From positions 2,170,001 through 2,234,000 of the forward strand of contig SMSO01000004.1 in NCBI GenBank assembly GCA_004764695.1: a stretch of DNA of 64,000 nt, in the 5' to 3' direction. Shown piece after piece: positions 21,522 to 35,972 of the stretch. The notes beneath the pieces were generated by a model. The model saw nothing but the letters and a program-made list of their open reading frames with translations, searched no databases and was not told the DNA's origin. The position numbers and the translations under genes were made by a program. This stretch comes from Schizochytrium sp. TIO01. Lineage: Eukaryota; Protista; Bigyra: Labyrinthulomycetes. Within the stretch, counting starts at the first letter, position 1; the number at the start of each line of letters is the position of its first letter.

Positions 21522-24500
21522 ATCACGTTGGTTGTTGTCGCGGATGGTTACATTTGAAAAACCCAAGAAAAGGTCGATCCTGTTAGGATTGAAGATAGAG
21601 ATACTCGCTCACAGGAACATTTTGGGCATCATCGTCGTCCGCACAGGTTGAAAGTTGTTGGAGGAGTGTCTTTGTTTGAAAATGGTCTTCACCTCGAATA
21701 GATCTGCGGATCAACTTGACAAAAATTATTCAACCAACCTCAAGATATGCGAGTGATGAACAATCGATTGCAAGTAAAAGAGCGATCCAGGTGCGAAGGC
21801 AGCAACAGAGTTTCCCTTTGGATTCATAAACTATTCCAGAGTTTGAGCGAGTGAAACTTGAATCTTGCCTCCCCAGGTTTCCAATTCTGGAACGGAATTC
21901 ATCGCCTGAATGACGCATTGCTCAACGAGCCGCGGACATTTGCTTTGCGAAAGAATCTCTTTTCCAAACTTTCATCCTTTCGTCAACTGCTCAATGTTGG
22001 GATCCGGTTCCGTGCGCGACTTGGGTTGAGAATTTTTCGAAAAGCTCTGAGCTCATCGCAGCAATTTCCATGCACGCAAACTTGGCGCTGGATGTGTGTG
22101 AAGCCTGGCCTCGCGGTCTCAATGGACGAAGTCAGCGGCCTGAGTCAGCGCGGTGCTGGTCCTCCTTCACGGCGGCCAGCGCTGCTGCGGAGCAAATACC
22201 ACGACACGTGCGGCGGGAGGACTAACTAGCGTGTGGCTTTAAAAATGTCAAATCCTCAAGCGAGGCAGCGCTGCAACAACTTGAAGTCTTGAAGGCTTGC
22301 TAACGAGCTTATTGCCTAGCTTGCTTGCTGCTCCCCCGTGTCTCGCGGAGGAACCTTCGACTTAAAATTTATAGCCGCCGCCGTGCCAAGTTCAGGCAGC
22401 TCGTGCACTGGTACTGGTACAACCTCAGCACTCTTTGTGGAGCATGTCAAGGAAGCGGCTCCCTGGCGTGGCACCGATGGTGGCGTGGAGGTGTAAAGCA
22501 CGCGATGTGCATCGAATCGCCAAGTTCCATTCGAGCCATGTCCAGCCAGCGGCGTCTTGAAGTTTGTCTTGAACGGCCCAATATGCATCAAAATTCGACG
22601 CATGAACTTCCTCGATCTAAATTTCCAGAACTTACATGAGACCTCCTTTTAAGGGGCCTCGATTAGCATGTATAACTGATCGATGAGTCAAGGTCTTTTT
22701 CTTCTTTGCTTATGTATTCTGAGGAGTCGATTGTGCGATAGAGATAGACACAAATGGAGGGAGAGAAAGTTGGAATACCCCTCCTCGAGCGCGAGGGAAG
22801 TTACGGACTCCGAACTCCATCGCATTCAGAAGTTTCTACGTACCTGATTCCTTACCAAGTTTGCACCACGCTCACCCGAATCCCAAGTCGGGCTGCCCTT
22901 CCAGAGTTCGCATCAGAAAACCCTTGCCTGACAAAGAGACCACACGAAAGCAAGCCAATTGTCCGCCACTTCAACAACATGCCATCAGTTATCTTGCAGA
23001 TGGCTCACCTCCCCAAACAGCGACTCAGAGATCTTCATCATCATCATCATCTTCTTCTTCTTTTTCTTCTTCTTCTTCTTCGGAAAGCAGCCTTAGGCGT
23101 TTTTACAATCAAACAGCCTCGAAGGACTTCAAGTTCGGTCTCCTTCGGCACATCTGGCATCGGACACCCTGAGCCGAATTCCTTCGATGACCGATGCAGG
23201 CTGCGTCCGTGTAATGCCTTCGAGTCCAAGTTACAAGTTTCATCGTCTGCCGTGCAGAAGGTAGACTTGAAGCTATAGCTAGCTAGCTAGCTCCTATTTT
23301 TTCAAGCGCTAACGTCTCTTTGCAACAGAAGGGACCTCTCATGATGCGAGAATCGCCTTGAACAATGTGAATTCTTCTTCATCGGGCAGGCTCATTATTC
23401 CGCTCACCCGCTCGAGGATCACACACGTGTGCACAACGAAGGCGGGCCACCCCGAAGGAGAAGAACTTGAAGACCTTCGATGGGTCAACTTCTCAAGGTG
23501 GGAACTTGAGTAGCTTGCTTGTTAGCTGCGATAAGAGGCTTGAACGCGGCTGAATCTGCCTGGAAAAGCCTGGAAGTGCTTGGCTGCGTGGCGTGTAGAT
23601 TGGGCCTCACGGAGGGAGGGAGATCTTGGTGAGTTGGCAAAAAAGCACACAATTCCAAGTTCAAGACCACTCACTTCAATTGTTCAAATCATCTATTGAG
23701 GGATGTAAATACTCTGATTGTCTCTGAACAAGTCAGCGCAAAGTGATCTCCAAATCATAGAAAGGAGTTATTTCTCTTCGCTTTCTGCGCCTACGATGCG
23801 AAGTTTTAAGCCAACAACCCTATTCACAACTACCTGAACAATAGCGCTTTTATGTTCCAACCCAATGATAAAAAAAGGAACTCAGAAATGAAAAACAATT
23901 ATTTCAAGTATTATTTCTCTTACAAATACAAAATTTGAACACTACAACGCAAGTATGTGTTTTAAAAAAAGAAAGAAAAAGAGAGGAAATATATATATAT
24001 ATCGGGCTTCTTCAATTTTTAATTTCAAAATTTATTATATTAGAGAAAAATAAATTTAAACTTTTGTTTTTGAAAAAGAAAAAGAAAAGGAAAGCTTTCA
24101 GAAGAAACCTTTAAACCACAAAAGGTGAGGTTAAAACTAATCAAACTTTTCAATTGATATCCTCCGACTCGTAATAGTATTAAGCCTTTTTACTTTGACT
24201 CTAATCAGTAAGTGAAGAATAAATAAGAAGTGTGCAGTAGCAATACTAGTTGTACCACTGCTAGTGTAGTGCCAGAAGGGCGCGCGAGTGCTCTGAAATG
24301 CGCATGAGGCACTATCGCATGCTACCTTCAGCTTCTACATCTTGGGCTATATAAGAGTGGATTTACTCCAACTCGGAGTTTACTCATGAATCTTTTTGCA
24401 CAGCCTGTTTATCCGAAAGGTTAAATTTCAATTTTTGCGACACATTCCCCGCCGAATTATGTCTATGGAATAAGTAGCAAAAATCAATACAGATCAATTT

Positions 24501-27500
24501 AATTTTAATCAGCCACTACTGCCAGCACAACACTTAGCATGTAAAAACTATGTATATAGATTTGCAAACCGAATCTCCACAACATAATTTGCATAGGAAT
24601 TATCGTGTGCTCACCTAGTCAGTGCTACCTGTAATTTGTAAAGCGGGTGCGACGAGTCTCATGTTGATAAAGTTAGCACCAAGTAGTGCATCCAGGAATT
24701 AACAAGATCACCTTTGGCTGGGCACCAGGCCTCATAGAAACTTTCTGTCCAAATATCACCCTGACGAGTATACTCCCACACTACTCAGAACTTCGTAATG
24801 AAGATAGCACATTATATGTGATCAAGCATCCTTTTTGGCAATTGTTTCCCTCGTCCAGGCGTGCAGCGCGTGCGTTTGACTTTATTTCGCCGCTTAAGCG
24901 ATCAGCATGCTTGTGAAGTATGCACCATATATTTCTAGTAAGCGTATATGAGCCACTCGAAAAGCTTTTTCACAAAATCTCTCCCATTTCTTTTCAAATT
25001 TCACCCAGGAACAGGAATGTTCAAATTGATCGTCTTTTTCAATTGGGGGTTCTTGATAGAATTTGTTGATCGCGCTACTCACGTTTGATCTTTGCTTTGT
25101 TTTTTTAATATACTGCGAGAGATCTACACGCATATCGAACAAATATAAAAAGCTGATATTTTCCCTTGTCTTCATGTATTTTCTTGAATCGGAGCTTATA
25201 CGACACTTTGCACAAGGTGCCCTTTTTGCCTATAACCATTTTAATGTAAAGCAACGACACTGGAATTCTTTCGAAGTGGTGCAAGAAGAGTAGAAAAGTT
25301 AAAATATATAACCTCCGATATAAGTATCTTCATACTAATCTCCTCTCCAGGAAGAGTGATCCTTTGTTTTAAGCAAGATTTTTGGCGGTCAAAATTTAGA
25401 AAGTGCAAGGATGACTCTATTGAATTCGAAGCTATAATAATATGAGCAAAACTTAACAGAGAATGAAAAACATCACGTTGCATTCTATGATTTCAAAGCT
25501 TTAAACTATCTTGCTTAGCAGTAGTTTTTACGACATGCTCGGACAGGGGGGATTGAATTGATTAAAACCAACTTCGAAATTTTCTACACTATGTACCCTT
25601 CTAATTAAAAAAACAAAAAATGAAAATTGCTGAAGCATAGAAACGAATTTCTGCAGACAACTTTTGTCGATGAATTATTATCTGTTAGTCTCGAAGACTG
25701 GCCGATGTTATTGGGATATAAAAACATCAATGCATTGTTAACTTGGACTGCAGTATGATTAACTTAATTAATTACTACTACGTTTAATTCAGACCTGGCC
25801 GTTTGCTAAGTTGGTACTGAAGGCCTAACTGCTTGTATCGGATGAAAATTTGATCGATCGAATTTTATAGAGGGTTATTGAACTCAAGAGGAAATTCAGA
25901 AATTTAATAACGAATTAAATATCATTTCAGAATTCATTTTCAATGCCATAAGACACTTCTTTTACCAAAGTAATTTTGACTATTCTATATTCATCACAAT
26001 TGCTTGCTTCAATTATAACTATCGTAACGCCACTAAAATGTAATGTGAATCATAATGACTTCTCCAAGTTCGATGCTTCATACGAAGAAAATCATGCTAC
26101 TTCTTGACTGCAAGTTCAAAACGCTATAAGAATATTGTCTAGTGATTGGAAGAAAAGGAAAACACTCTTTTTAGTATATAGTACTAATGAATTTAAAAAA
26201 ATAAATAAAAAAACGTACTTGTTATTCTAATTTAGCCTCATATTGAGGAGGATTGGGAACCCGTAAGCTATAGGTGTGTGCTTTCAAGTGCATCTCGGCG
26301 CGGTCCTCATCGAAATAGTGGGATTGTCTGACATTTGCAGTTGAGCTTGGCATCTGGTTCCATTTCAGTAAGGCCAAAAAACGGGATCGGTCAAGTTGAG
26401 GCCAAGTATCTACTGTTTAATTCTAAAATTTTTACCGTTAAATCCTTGACATTTGTGGAATTTTTGAGAGTTGCAGCGGTGAGGCTGGAGTATAGTTGAA
26501 AATGTGTTCTCTTGGACGAACAATATTAAATTGCCAAAGAACTCGAACAAAGCTGACGCTCGATTGAGTTCTCATACCAATTTTATTTATTACAATGAGT
26601 ATATCTCTTATCCCCCCTCCCCCCCCTCTCTCTAGAATCACTTTTTATCCTGACTTTCTCGTAGAATGAAACAGGAAACTTTTTGTTGATGGTTTTCAAG
26701 ACTAGATTTGACAGAAAGACTTACAACTCTGATTGCCTCCAATTTTAAGACGAAGTACAATATGTGATTTTCAGTATCTGATGAAAATTGTATTGCATTT
26801 GAAGGTCAGCTTTCTGTGTGAGAAAGATATTGATCACTCGAATAACAACGTAGATCCCTTCATCTTTGTGTTCTTTTGATGTATCTATATTCCAAATCTG
26901 CTGCATGGAAAACACATTGTCTACTGGAATAAGAGTAAAACTGATTACTTCTTTGCTGTTTTTCGAACCAGATATGTTGATGATTATACCGGTGATGTTT
27001 TACAAAGCATTCCTCAAGTCACATTACCATCTAAAGAGAAGATCGCAGATGAATGTGAGTAGTACATTCGGGAAATCTCATGCGGTTTTTTTCAAGCGTT
27101 GCGTTATGAGAGGTTGCTGTGAATTGTCGAAATTTTGTTCGCTTCGTATTCGTTGCCCTTCTCCAGTAACGAAGGAAAATCACAAGTCTGTGATCAATAA
27201 CACCATCGGTCCAAACGTATGCAATCCTGAAAGGCCCTAAAAGTTCTGAGTGAGTGAATATGTTTCTAGGTAAAAGGCAACTGGACCAGAGACAAGATCA
27301 AGCCATTTATTTGAAACATTCACTAGCGTATCCCTAAACTTACACGTTAACAGGTTTGTAGCGACTAGATAGGCTTGTTCGAAGCCCAGGCCATCGTAAC
27401 TTAACAAAACATAACAAAACACAGACAAAAGAAACTCCATGCATCAAGCAGTTGACTTGTGGTTCCCGGGTTCCTTCCGTGCGGCGTTACTTTGAAAGTT

Positions 27501-30500
27501 CGCCAACTCGGGCTTGGGGCAGTTGCCAAAGTTCCTATGACATACCACCTTCGTTCTTCTTCGTTGCAGTTGAACTGCCTTTCCAGATGACCAGTTTAAC
27601 CGCAAACCTCCGTATCCCTAGAATTTGTATATGTTTAGTAAAAACAATTGACTTCAAGTCGAGGAAGCGGAATTGCCATAACAAATAGCCCACGGACTAT
27701 GCAGCCTCGTAGCTCCAGCTGCTGGTGAGCCGGGTGTGGTCAAAAGGTGTTCCCGCTCGAGTTGGGAATGAGCCTCCCTCGCGCTGACTTATTTCGTCTC
27801 ACTAGTTTCCTCGTCGCTCACGCCTCCTCGAGACCAAGATGGCAGAGGCAGAATCAGGGACCTGCTAGTCAGCAGCTTATCCACCTCGTTTCATAAGCCA
27901 TCTTAGTAACTTTAACGAAAAGATGATGGTTTCCAACTCGAAGGAGAACCGAGTTGTTTCACCTTGCGACAAGGGCGCTTAACGGACAGAATATTGAGCA
28001 CCGGGTTTTCCGACGAGAGTTCAAGGGTGATCCTGCGGTGAGGAGGTCTGATATTTGACTCAGGACTTGCTTAATTGAAGGTCCATGAGACATGAGAGAG
28101 AAGAAACGAATGGAAGCCCGTTTCTAAACTACTATCAGCAGTCTCGGCGGAGGTCCTGGCATTTCTTCTTTCTTCATTCTTAAAAACAGTTTGTTTCAAT
28201 TTTCTTCAATTTTTAATCAAAGCATTTTAAGTAATGCGTTCTTCATGCTCTGTGAAGTGCTTATTTTAATTTTTAATTCTTCACAACTGAAAAAACATTT
28301 CATTTTTTAAAAACAAAAACAATTAATTTTTATATAATTAAAAAACCAAGTTAAAAGCGTTATAAAATAGGAATAATAGAAACAAATCAGCTTTCCCTCT
28401 TATTATCCATCCGGTTCGTCGGAAATACACTTTTATGAAAGAAGAAAATGAATATCGAACCAAATTCAACTTTTCGTATATCAGGGAATATACGAGAGAA
28501 AAAGATGGAAATGAAAAAGAATTCGCGTCAACAGCCGGGCGAACGAAGGACATAGAATCTTCAAGATGATCACTTCCTGCCTCGACATATGTGGTTCAAG
28601 CCGCACTACTAATTTAGAAGAATAAATAACGCCCAAGACAAGCTTCGAAAAGACGAAGTAGCCAAGTTTAGGTGGAATAATATGATTATAAAATAGCACA
28701 GCAATTTCGAAGATAATGGGGTGAAGGGATGGATGGAAGCAAAATCTCAACACCTTGCAGGTTTCTCAGCTCAAGCGCTGAAGATTCAAGTGTATGGAAG
28801 AGAAACTACAATAAATATTGTGTCTGATTCCGAGGAGGCACGAATGAAGATATGCCATCAGTTTAAGATTATGCATTCCGGGCACGATACTATAATTACA
28901 TTCATTTGCACGTGTATTCCGCAGTAATGACCAAGAAATCCTCTTTCCAGAATCCGTAGCTTGTTTAATAAATGAGCTTACGTTATTCACCGCCAGCCAC
29001 CAAGCGTTATCTTCACTAGGATCTGCATTCGTGACGAGCCTCAAATGCACACGTGCGTGCAGCATTCAGAAATACCTCCATCCAAGCGACCAGGACTTGG
29101 CCCCATTGAGATGCCTATTGCACCCAAAGTTGCCCTGAAGGATGCTCTGTTGTAAGACACTGTTCTTATTACCTTTCATCGTACTTTCACAGGTCTTCGC
29201 AAACTGAAGAAGATTGATTACCTCTGTCACATCATTTTTATCCTCTCGTTTCTATGCAACATAATCTGAGGTCCTGAAGTAGAGGAGCCCTCGCTTCGAA
29301 GATTCATGAAAGCAACCTGAGCTTGAGCTTTGAAGCTGTGTCAGAGTCCTCGAAGGACTTCAGGTGATTATCCTCAGCTTATTCTCAAAGACGATCTCCC
29401 TAACTATAGCAGGGAGTCGGGTACCTGAGAACTCTGATAGAACAGTAGAACGAATGGTGCCTGGTGAAGACTTGGGCGGAATCATGGTTTGAAAAGGCTT
29501 TAGAACGAAGCCAACGCAAGAAAGTAATTAAATCCAAAAACGATAAGTGTAATGATCTTCGATCAAAGGTCGTCGTTCGAGGTTCCGGGTATCTTTGGGT
29601 GATATGTCTCCTTCCTGGGGATGGAGAAGTTTTTGCTGCGAGAGCATAAACTCACAGTTCTTGCCGGCATTCGTAATTTATTTAGAAAGTTGCGTCGGGC
29701 GTGAAGGAACGTCAATCAATTTGTGCAGGAGATAAGCGCAGGGGGGGTTGCGGTTCCCTGGTTTCTTGGAAAATAAGGGGCCTTGTTGACAGTGTGCATT
29801 CATGATCTTCACTATGGCTTTGCAGAATCGATCTTTGCGCTTATCGTCCTCATTTTTTTGTTCGCTGGCGAGGATGATTTCGGCCTGAATACTTGCCTCC
29901 ACTAGTGGTACTGCTAAGCCAATTACTAGTACCTCCTTTTTGAAAAGACTGTTCTCTCCTCATATGCAGCGAAACTCAGCTAGCTAGCTAGCTCTTTTTG
30001 AAAACTTTACTTACTCCACTGCTTTTTGTTTCCTTTCCTTGTTATAGAAGCCAAAATTATTTTTTAGTATTTTAGAAATAGAGGAAATCTTTCCGCACTG
30101 ATGCATTATTAAATAGGTTCCCATAGTTTCTTCCTTTCCTTGTATTAAAATTAAACCAAATCAAATCGAGGAGAATAAAATAAAAATAAGAGAAAAAGGC
30201 CGGGAAAACTATAAACTCTTTTATTTAAAAAAGAAACTTTCAATCACTTTGGCGGGGAGATCGGAAAATAAAAGGCGTGCTTGCGAGATCTCGCGCTGAA
30301 GTTGCACTGAACTTAGCCCAACTTAGTGTTCAGCGCTGAGAATTCAGCGTCTTTTTGGAGTTTAGTCACGCAAAGAGGGAAGAAACACTAAGACCAGATA
30401 TTCCAGTGGTGATAGAGGAAGAGAACACCCACAGTCCTCTCTACATTGTCTGGTACGCTGTTCTGCTTTGATGAAAAGTTTGACAATGTTTGTGAGGAGA

Positions 30501-32770
30501 GTTTGAAGTTCAGCGGGCTCACCATTTTCATGGTAAGGGGGTGAGGATTCAAGGGCTCTTTTGAGTAAACAGTGAAACGAAAAAAAAAGTCTATTTTTAT
30601 TTTATTTTATTTTAAACATATAAACAAATAAAAAGAGAAAACTTTGTTTTTGCCGTGATGTTTTATTTCTATCACTGTGATTCTAAAAAAGAAGAAGAAA
30701 TGGATAAAGGTTGGTATCGTGTAATATTTTCTTGTTGCTTTTGCTCCTTGCTGAAGCAGAGGAATGTTTGCATGCATGGAAAGAGTGTTGCATTGTGCAT
30801 CGCAACGAAGCTTTGAGCAGCACGAGAGACGAAAGGTGGTCTTCACGAAGAATGTTTGTTATGATACTCCTGGAATCCCAATAGAGACTCTTTCTCAAGT
30901 CAAGTCGACCACCACCAATGAAAGTCCAGCGAAGGATTCAAGTCATCCTGATCGTTTGTGCGATCTTCGGTGCATGCATGTAATCTTCTTCAGGCCGTGC
31001 CGAGCAGGTTCTTGGTGAGCAGGCAAAACAGCAAAGGTCATCAAAGCAACGTGTCCTTGCATGTTTTTCCATCTGCTCTTCAAAGTTCGTGGTTCGCTCG
31101 AAAAGCTCTCAAGCCGTGGTTTTAGGATCTAGCGAAAGAAGGTTTTCTCCCGTTCTCTCCAGCTTTGGTGACCCGGCGGCCTAACCTTTTTAGCCTCAGC
31201 TATTTGTTCCATGGACCGCTGAAGAAGTACGTAGGTTGGTAGATAGCTAGGTAGGTAATAGTAGAAATAAGTAGCACCGCTGTTTTGAAAAAACGAATGA
31301 ATTCTTGCTTGCCTTTGGAAGGCAAGTCTGCTAAGTTTACAGGATATTCACGACCAAAGCTTTCAAGTTCTCTCGCTTGGCACGGGGCTGATATTGAGCC
31401 ACGGTAGGCGTGGAGAGCGTGAAAACCGTCCTCTACTCGATAACCATTCTCGGACCCCTATCCCTGCCCCGGCAAACTCAGGGCGCGCCGGAGGGCGACA
31501 CAACGACTAACTTCATGAATCAGTTGTAGCCATTAGCTGACTGACTGCTTCCAGGGCAGTCCTACAGAAACCCTTAGGCAGACCCCAGGGAGCCGTGGTA
31601 TCGATGTGGTGAGAACCGATCTCGGGATGACAAGAGGGATGGCTCAAGAGGCGTTTAATTGCATGAAGAGGCTTTAAGCGAATACGAATATCGAAATGAA
31701 ACAGCTTCAGATCGATCGATCAACCATCATACCTAGCGGTGTGAATGAATCAAAATGACGGGTACGAGTAAAGTTTTGCAGCAATGAAAATTCAGGTTGG
31801 ATTGATGAAACTCTTTCCGGTCGGAGCTGCTGTTGATCCATGGAAAGTAGTCTCACAGCAACGGTCTGGAAATGATGTGCTAGTAGTAGTAGTCTACAGA
31901 TCGTGGTGGCGGTGTTGGCATCATTTGGAGTTTTTCTTTTTGTCGGTTTCCATTCATCGGCCGTCTCTTGCTTGCTTGCTTGCTTGCTTGCTTAAGCTTC
32001 TGATCGGCCGCGATTCTCTGCGAAGACTCTGGTTCCCTGACAGGGGGTGACCAAGAGAACTACAGAATTGTCAACGATGGACGTTGAACTAGAGCGCGAC
32101 GGGTAGAGATCGATCGCAGCTTTTGCACGAAGGAACTTGAGATCGTTCGAGGATGCTTGAGACCGTTTGAAGATGCTCTGACCGACTGATTCTCACCGAT
32201 GTTAGGTGTGAGTGGGTGAATGAATGAATGTCTCGGCAGCTGGCGATGCATGTGCAGCGAACCCGTCCGTCTGTTGCCTTGGCATTAGCTGGAGGACGCG
32301 CGGAGAGTCAGAGAAGTCAGCTTTGTCTGCCTGAGCAGAGTCGGCGGCAAATGACCTCGAATCATATCGAAACCAGTGCTTCAGCACGACGATTTGAAAA
32401 CCTCGACCCGATGATTGTCTGAGCCGCTACAAACTCGCAGCGTCGGTGAAGAGGACCTGCCGAATGTAGAAGGTGTCTTAATCAATCCATTCCTCAAACC
32501 TCCTCTGCCACTCCACAATTGCGCTGAAGAGGTCGTGAGTTTTGGTAGCGCGCTACCCGTCGTACCTGCCTGCCCACTCACGAGCACAGTGAGGTTCAAC
32601 TTCAGCTGCTGCAGCTTTCTCTGCCTGTCAATTGGCTCTGCCGTCGTGCCGCCACTGGCCCCGGCTGTCTGTGTTCGTCTGGTTGCGCCCTGCTCGAGGC
32701 CACGGGCAGCGATGCCCATTCGGTTTTCATGAAACTCGAGATCCTCGATTCGCCATTGCCATTAACGTCA

Positions 32771-32828
32771 TTGTTCAAATCTTTCAAATTTTTGAAATCG
32801 TTCAAATTGTTCAAATTCTGTTCAAATT
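32771..32828 (+). repeat. Degenerate ~9-bp tandem repeat (GTTCAAATY)
   Basis: About six imperfect units. Confidence 0.7.
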
Positions 32829-34273
32829 CCCCATCTTTGCTTCACCTTCAATCGTTTCAGTCCTACGCAGTACACCCTGGTCATACACCGTTTCTTCTGC
32901 CCGTCTTGCAGTATTTATGAGGCACGCAGATGCCACAAGACCCAGAATAATGTCATCGCCATATCAGGAGACTATTATCGTCGTCATCACTGGCAGCTTC
33001 GAAGCTCACCTGAGATAGATAGAATTGTAGTTCTACGAAACTTCGAAGGCAATCGATTGATGGTAATCTATCTCTCGCAAAGGTCGCTTCCAGCGGCAGA
33101 TTCTGCGGCCCGAAGACGCCAGTGTTGGTCTTGCGCTGGGACAATGAGGTGCTGTGCTGCTCCGGCTTGGATGGGTGGATGGTGCCTGGCGTGCTTGAGG
33201 AGAATCTCGCGAAAATCTGTTCGAACAAACAGTTCCATTCGTTTGTTTGGTTGGATTTTCAAAGCAAGCAAATAAAGGCCGTCAATGGGTCCAAAGGATA
33301 CAGAAGAGCTCTCTATAGAAGTTCCATTGACTGATTGCCTTCTTCGTTATTGCGCTGCAATCGAATAAATGACCCTTCGTCGAAGAGCCTCTGAGCTAAT
33401 CGAGCGACAGATTACCTATAAAGCTGGCCCGTTCGAACTTGAAGTCGTCAAACTTCAACCAAGGTCTCCAGTACCAGGTTCCGCAGCCTGCAACGCCGGA
33501 GACTCAGAGGAAGCCGGGCGTGGCAAATACGGGAGCGACGAGCAATGCTTTCTATCCATGCTTCGATGCACCAATCAATTGATCAAACAATTGATGAATC
33601 AGTTTTCATCAAAGTCCTTCTTTGTTTGTTTGTATCTTTTCGTAGCTTCGTTCCGTTCCACCTCTCATTACGTATAATTGATTCGTTTTCAGCACCGTTC
33701 CCTCAATTATCTCCTCTCCTCATCAGGAATGACATTTCCAAGTTTTTCTTTTCATTAATTTTTTTCTTTAATTTTATTTACAAAACTCTTTTTAAAAAAT
33801 TGCCGTATACCTACCTATACCTAGCGATACAGTCTTCTTCGTTTAAACTTTTATTCCATCAAATACTTCATACGGCACGTAAACTAATTGAAGGAAACCT
33901 AAACTTGAAATTAAAAACATACCTTCCTCACCACATTTACTCACCACCTTTTTCATCCACCATACTATTATCTGTCCTTCCCTACAAAGCGGAGTCTGCT
34001 ACTTGCAATAAAGGCCGCTGGTCGATTATAATTATAATTTTTAACAAGAACGGCCGATTAATTGATTGATTGATTCATTCATTCGTTGGTGCATTGATAG
34101 ATTGGTCCATCCATCCATCCATCGATAGGCCTTTAGTCAGTTATATAGGTTTAGGGAAGAAGGCTTCGAAAAGCTCGCTGACGCTGTGTTGACAAGGTCC
34201 TGGCAAGCAGGGTCAGCGCGAATCGAGGGCAGGTACGAGACGTGGGCTCCTCGGCGCAGCGAAAGGCCTCCTC

Positions 34274-34275
34274 GC

Positions 34276-34327
<52 letters not shown>

Positions 34328-34448
34328 GAAGAAGAAGATGATGATAATGATGATGATGATGCTGAGGCTGCGTGTGCCTGGCCAAGCTTCGCACACCCTA
34401 CATCACGATGAATGAATGAATGAATGAATGAATGAATGAATGAATGAA
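34274..34448 (+). repeat. Compound microsatellite block (GCT)n(GAT)n(GAA)n followed by (TGAA)n
   Basis: Directly visible. Confidence 0.9.
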
Positions 34449-35376
34449 GGTCTGTAAGTAATATAAGTAAGTGAGTCAGTAGGTAAGTAAGTATGTACGT
34501 GAGTAAGTGAGTAAGTAAGCAGTTCGTAGTGCGTGCTATGACTTTCTTCGAAACAGACGCATTACAAATAAATTTTCCGCCTCGAAGTTTCATTTTGAAA
34601 AGAAGAAAGAAAGAAAGAAAGAAAGAAAGAGAAAAAGAGAAAAAGAGAAAAAGAGAAAAAGAAAGGACCTGAAAACCACCGTGAAAGCAGCATATGCGAG
34701 AGGAAAGCAGCAAGGTAAGCAAGCAAAAGGTGTCCGGGCTGCTTGCTTGGGTCTGGGAATCTATCTATCTATCTATCTATCTGCCTGCGGACGAAGCTCC
34801 CAAACCCTGCGTATGAAGCTACCTGTCTCGCTGAAGCATGCAGGAGCTCTGTCTCAGGTCCTCACGCAGGTGGTCTGTGCACATGGAGGGGAGTCAGAGC
34901 GACATGAATCATTATCACCATTATCATAATCATCATCATCATAATCACAGTCTTCTTCACGATCTGTGTGAATTTGAAGTGCTCGCCGCCGCGTTCCCCG
35001 CTGAAATCTCTTCTCTGGCTGACGGCAGAGCGCCTCTCTCTGTTCTGCACTCGAAGCGAACTAAGCACCGCATATCTACTCCTACCGCCGTTTAAAATAT
35101 AAAATACTTTGCACAGAAACGTTTTAGTTTGATTCTCTCTGTGGTTTGGAGAAGTGGTGGCACGCAACTGTGCCGTAGTATGGCAAAAACAAAAGTATTG
35201 ATTTAAATAAAAAAAAAACTGTTTTTATCTATTTATTTATTTCAAACATGTTTCTTCGATGAGGAAAATGCTTCACGTGGTAAATACTGCCGATTTCATT
35301 TTATTTCAAAGTCCTCATAATACGGAAACAATATTTTTTCATTTTAGACTTTTCGTTAACATGATGTAATCTCTTT

Positions 35377-35387
35377 TATTTATTTAC

Positions 35388-35438
<51 letters not shown>

Positions 35439-35440
35439 TT
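35377..35440 (+). repeat. (TTTA)n microsatellite
   Basis: Directly visible. Confidence 0.9.
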
Positions 35441-35936
35441 GAATAAATAAATAATATCTGAGGTGGTGACTCACCCGATACACTTAGCGAAACACGTAAG
35501 TGGGTCGTAGTAACAGCGGGAGGAAAAATGTTCCGCAGCTGGACGATGAAAGAAGGAGGAATGGAATGTTGATAACTGGTTTTGCTGTGTTTGGTTTTCT
35601 TGAGAAGCCATCACCAAAGAACCAGGAATGAGAATCGCTCTATCTCTGAGGCCGTTGGAGCCTTGGAAATGAGGGTCTTTGTGACGGCTTCGTGCGGCGA
35701 AGGACGCACAAAGACAGACAGACAGACAGACAGACAGGTAGAGCGCTGAAAGAGAGAGAGCGGGAGAGAGAGCACTCCTTCATTCACTTTATCTTGTATT
35801 ACTTTATCAGTTCGTCTACTACTATCAGTACTAACATTAATCATCGTAGTAGGAATACTTTATTTTACTTCTTCAAGGTGTTGAAAAGAAGGAGATTGAA
35901 AGAAAGAAGAAGAAGAAGAAGAAGACGGACGGACTC

Positions 35937-35972
<36 letters not shown>

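Noticed and set aside
21021-21918. Possible single TGA-readthrough ORF joining 21730..21918 with 21021..21566
   Set aside because: The two ORFs are in different frames and a TAA intervenes.
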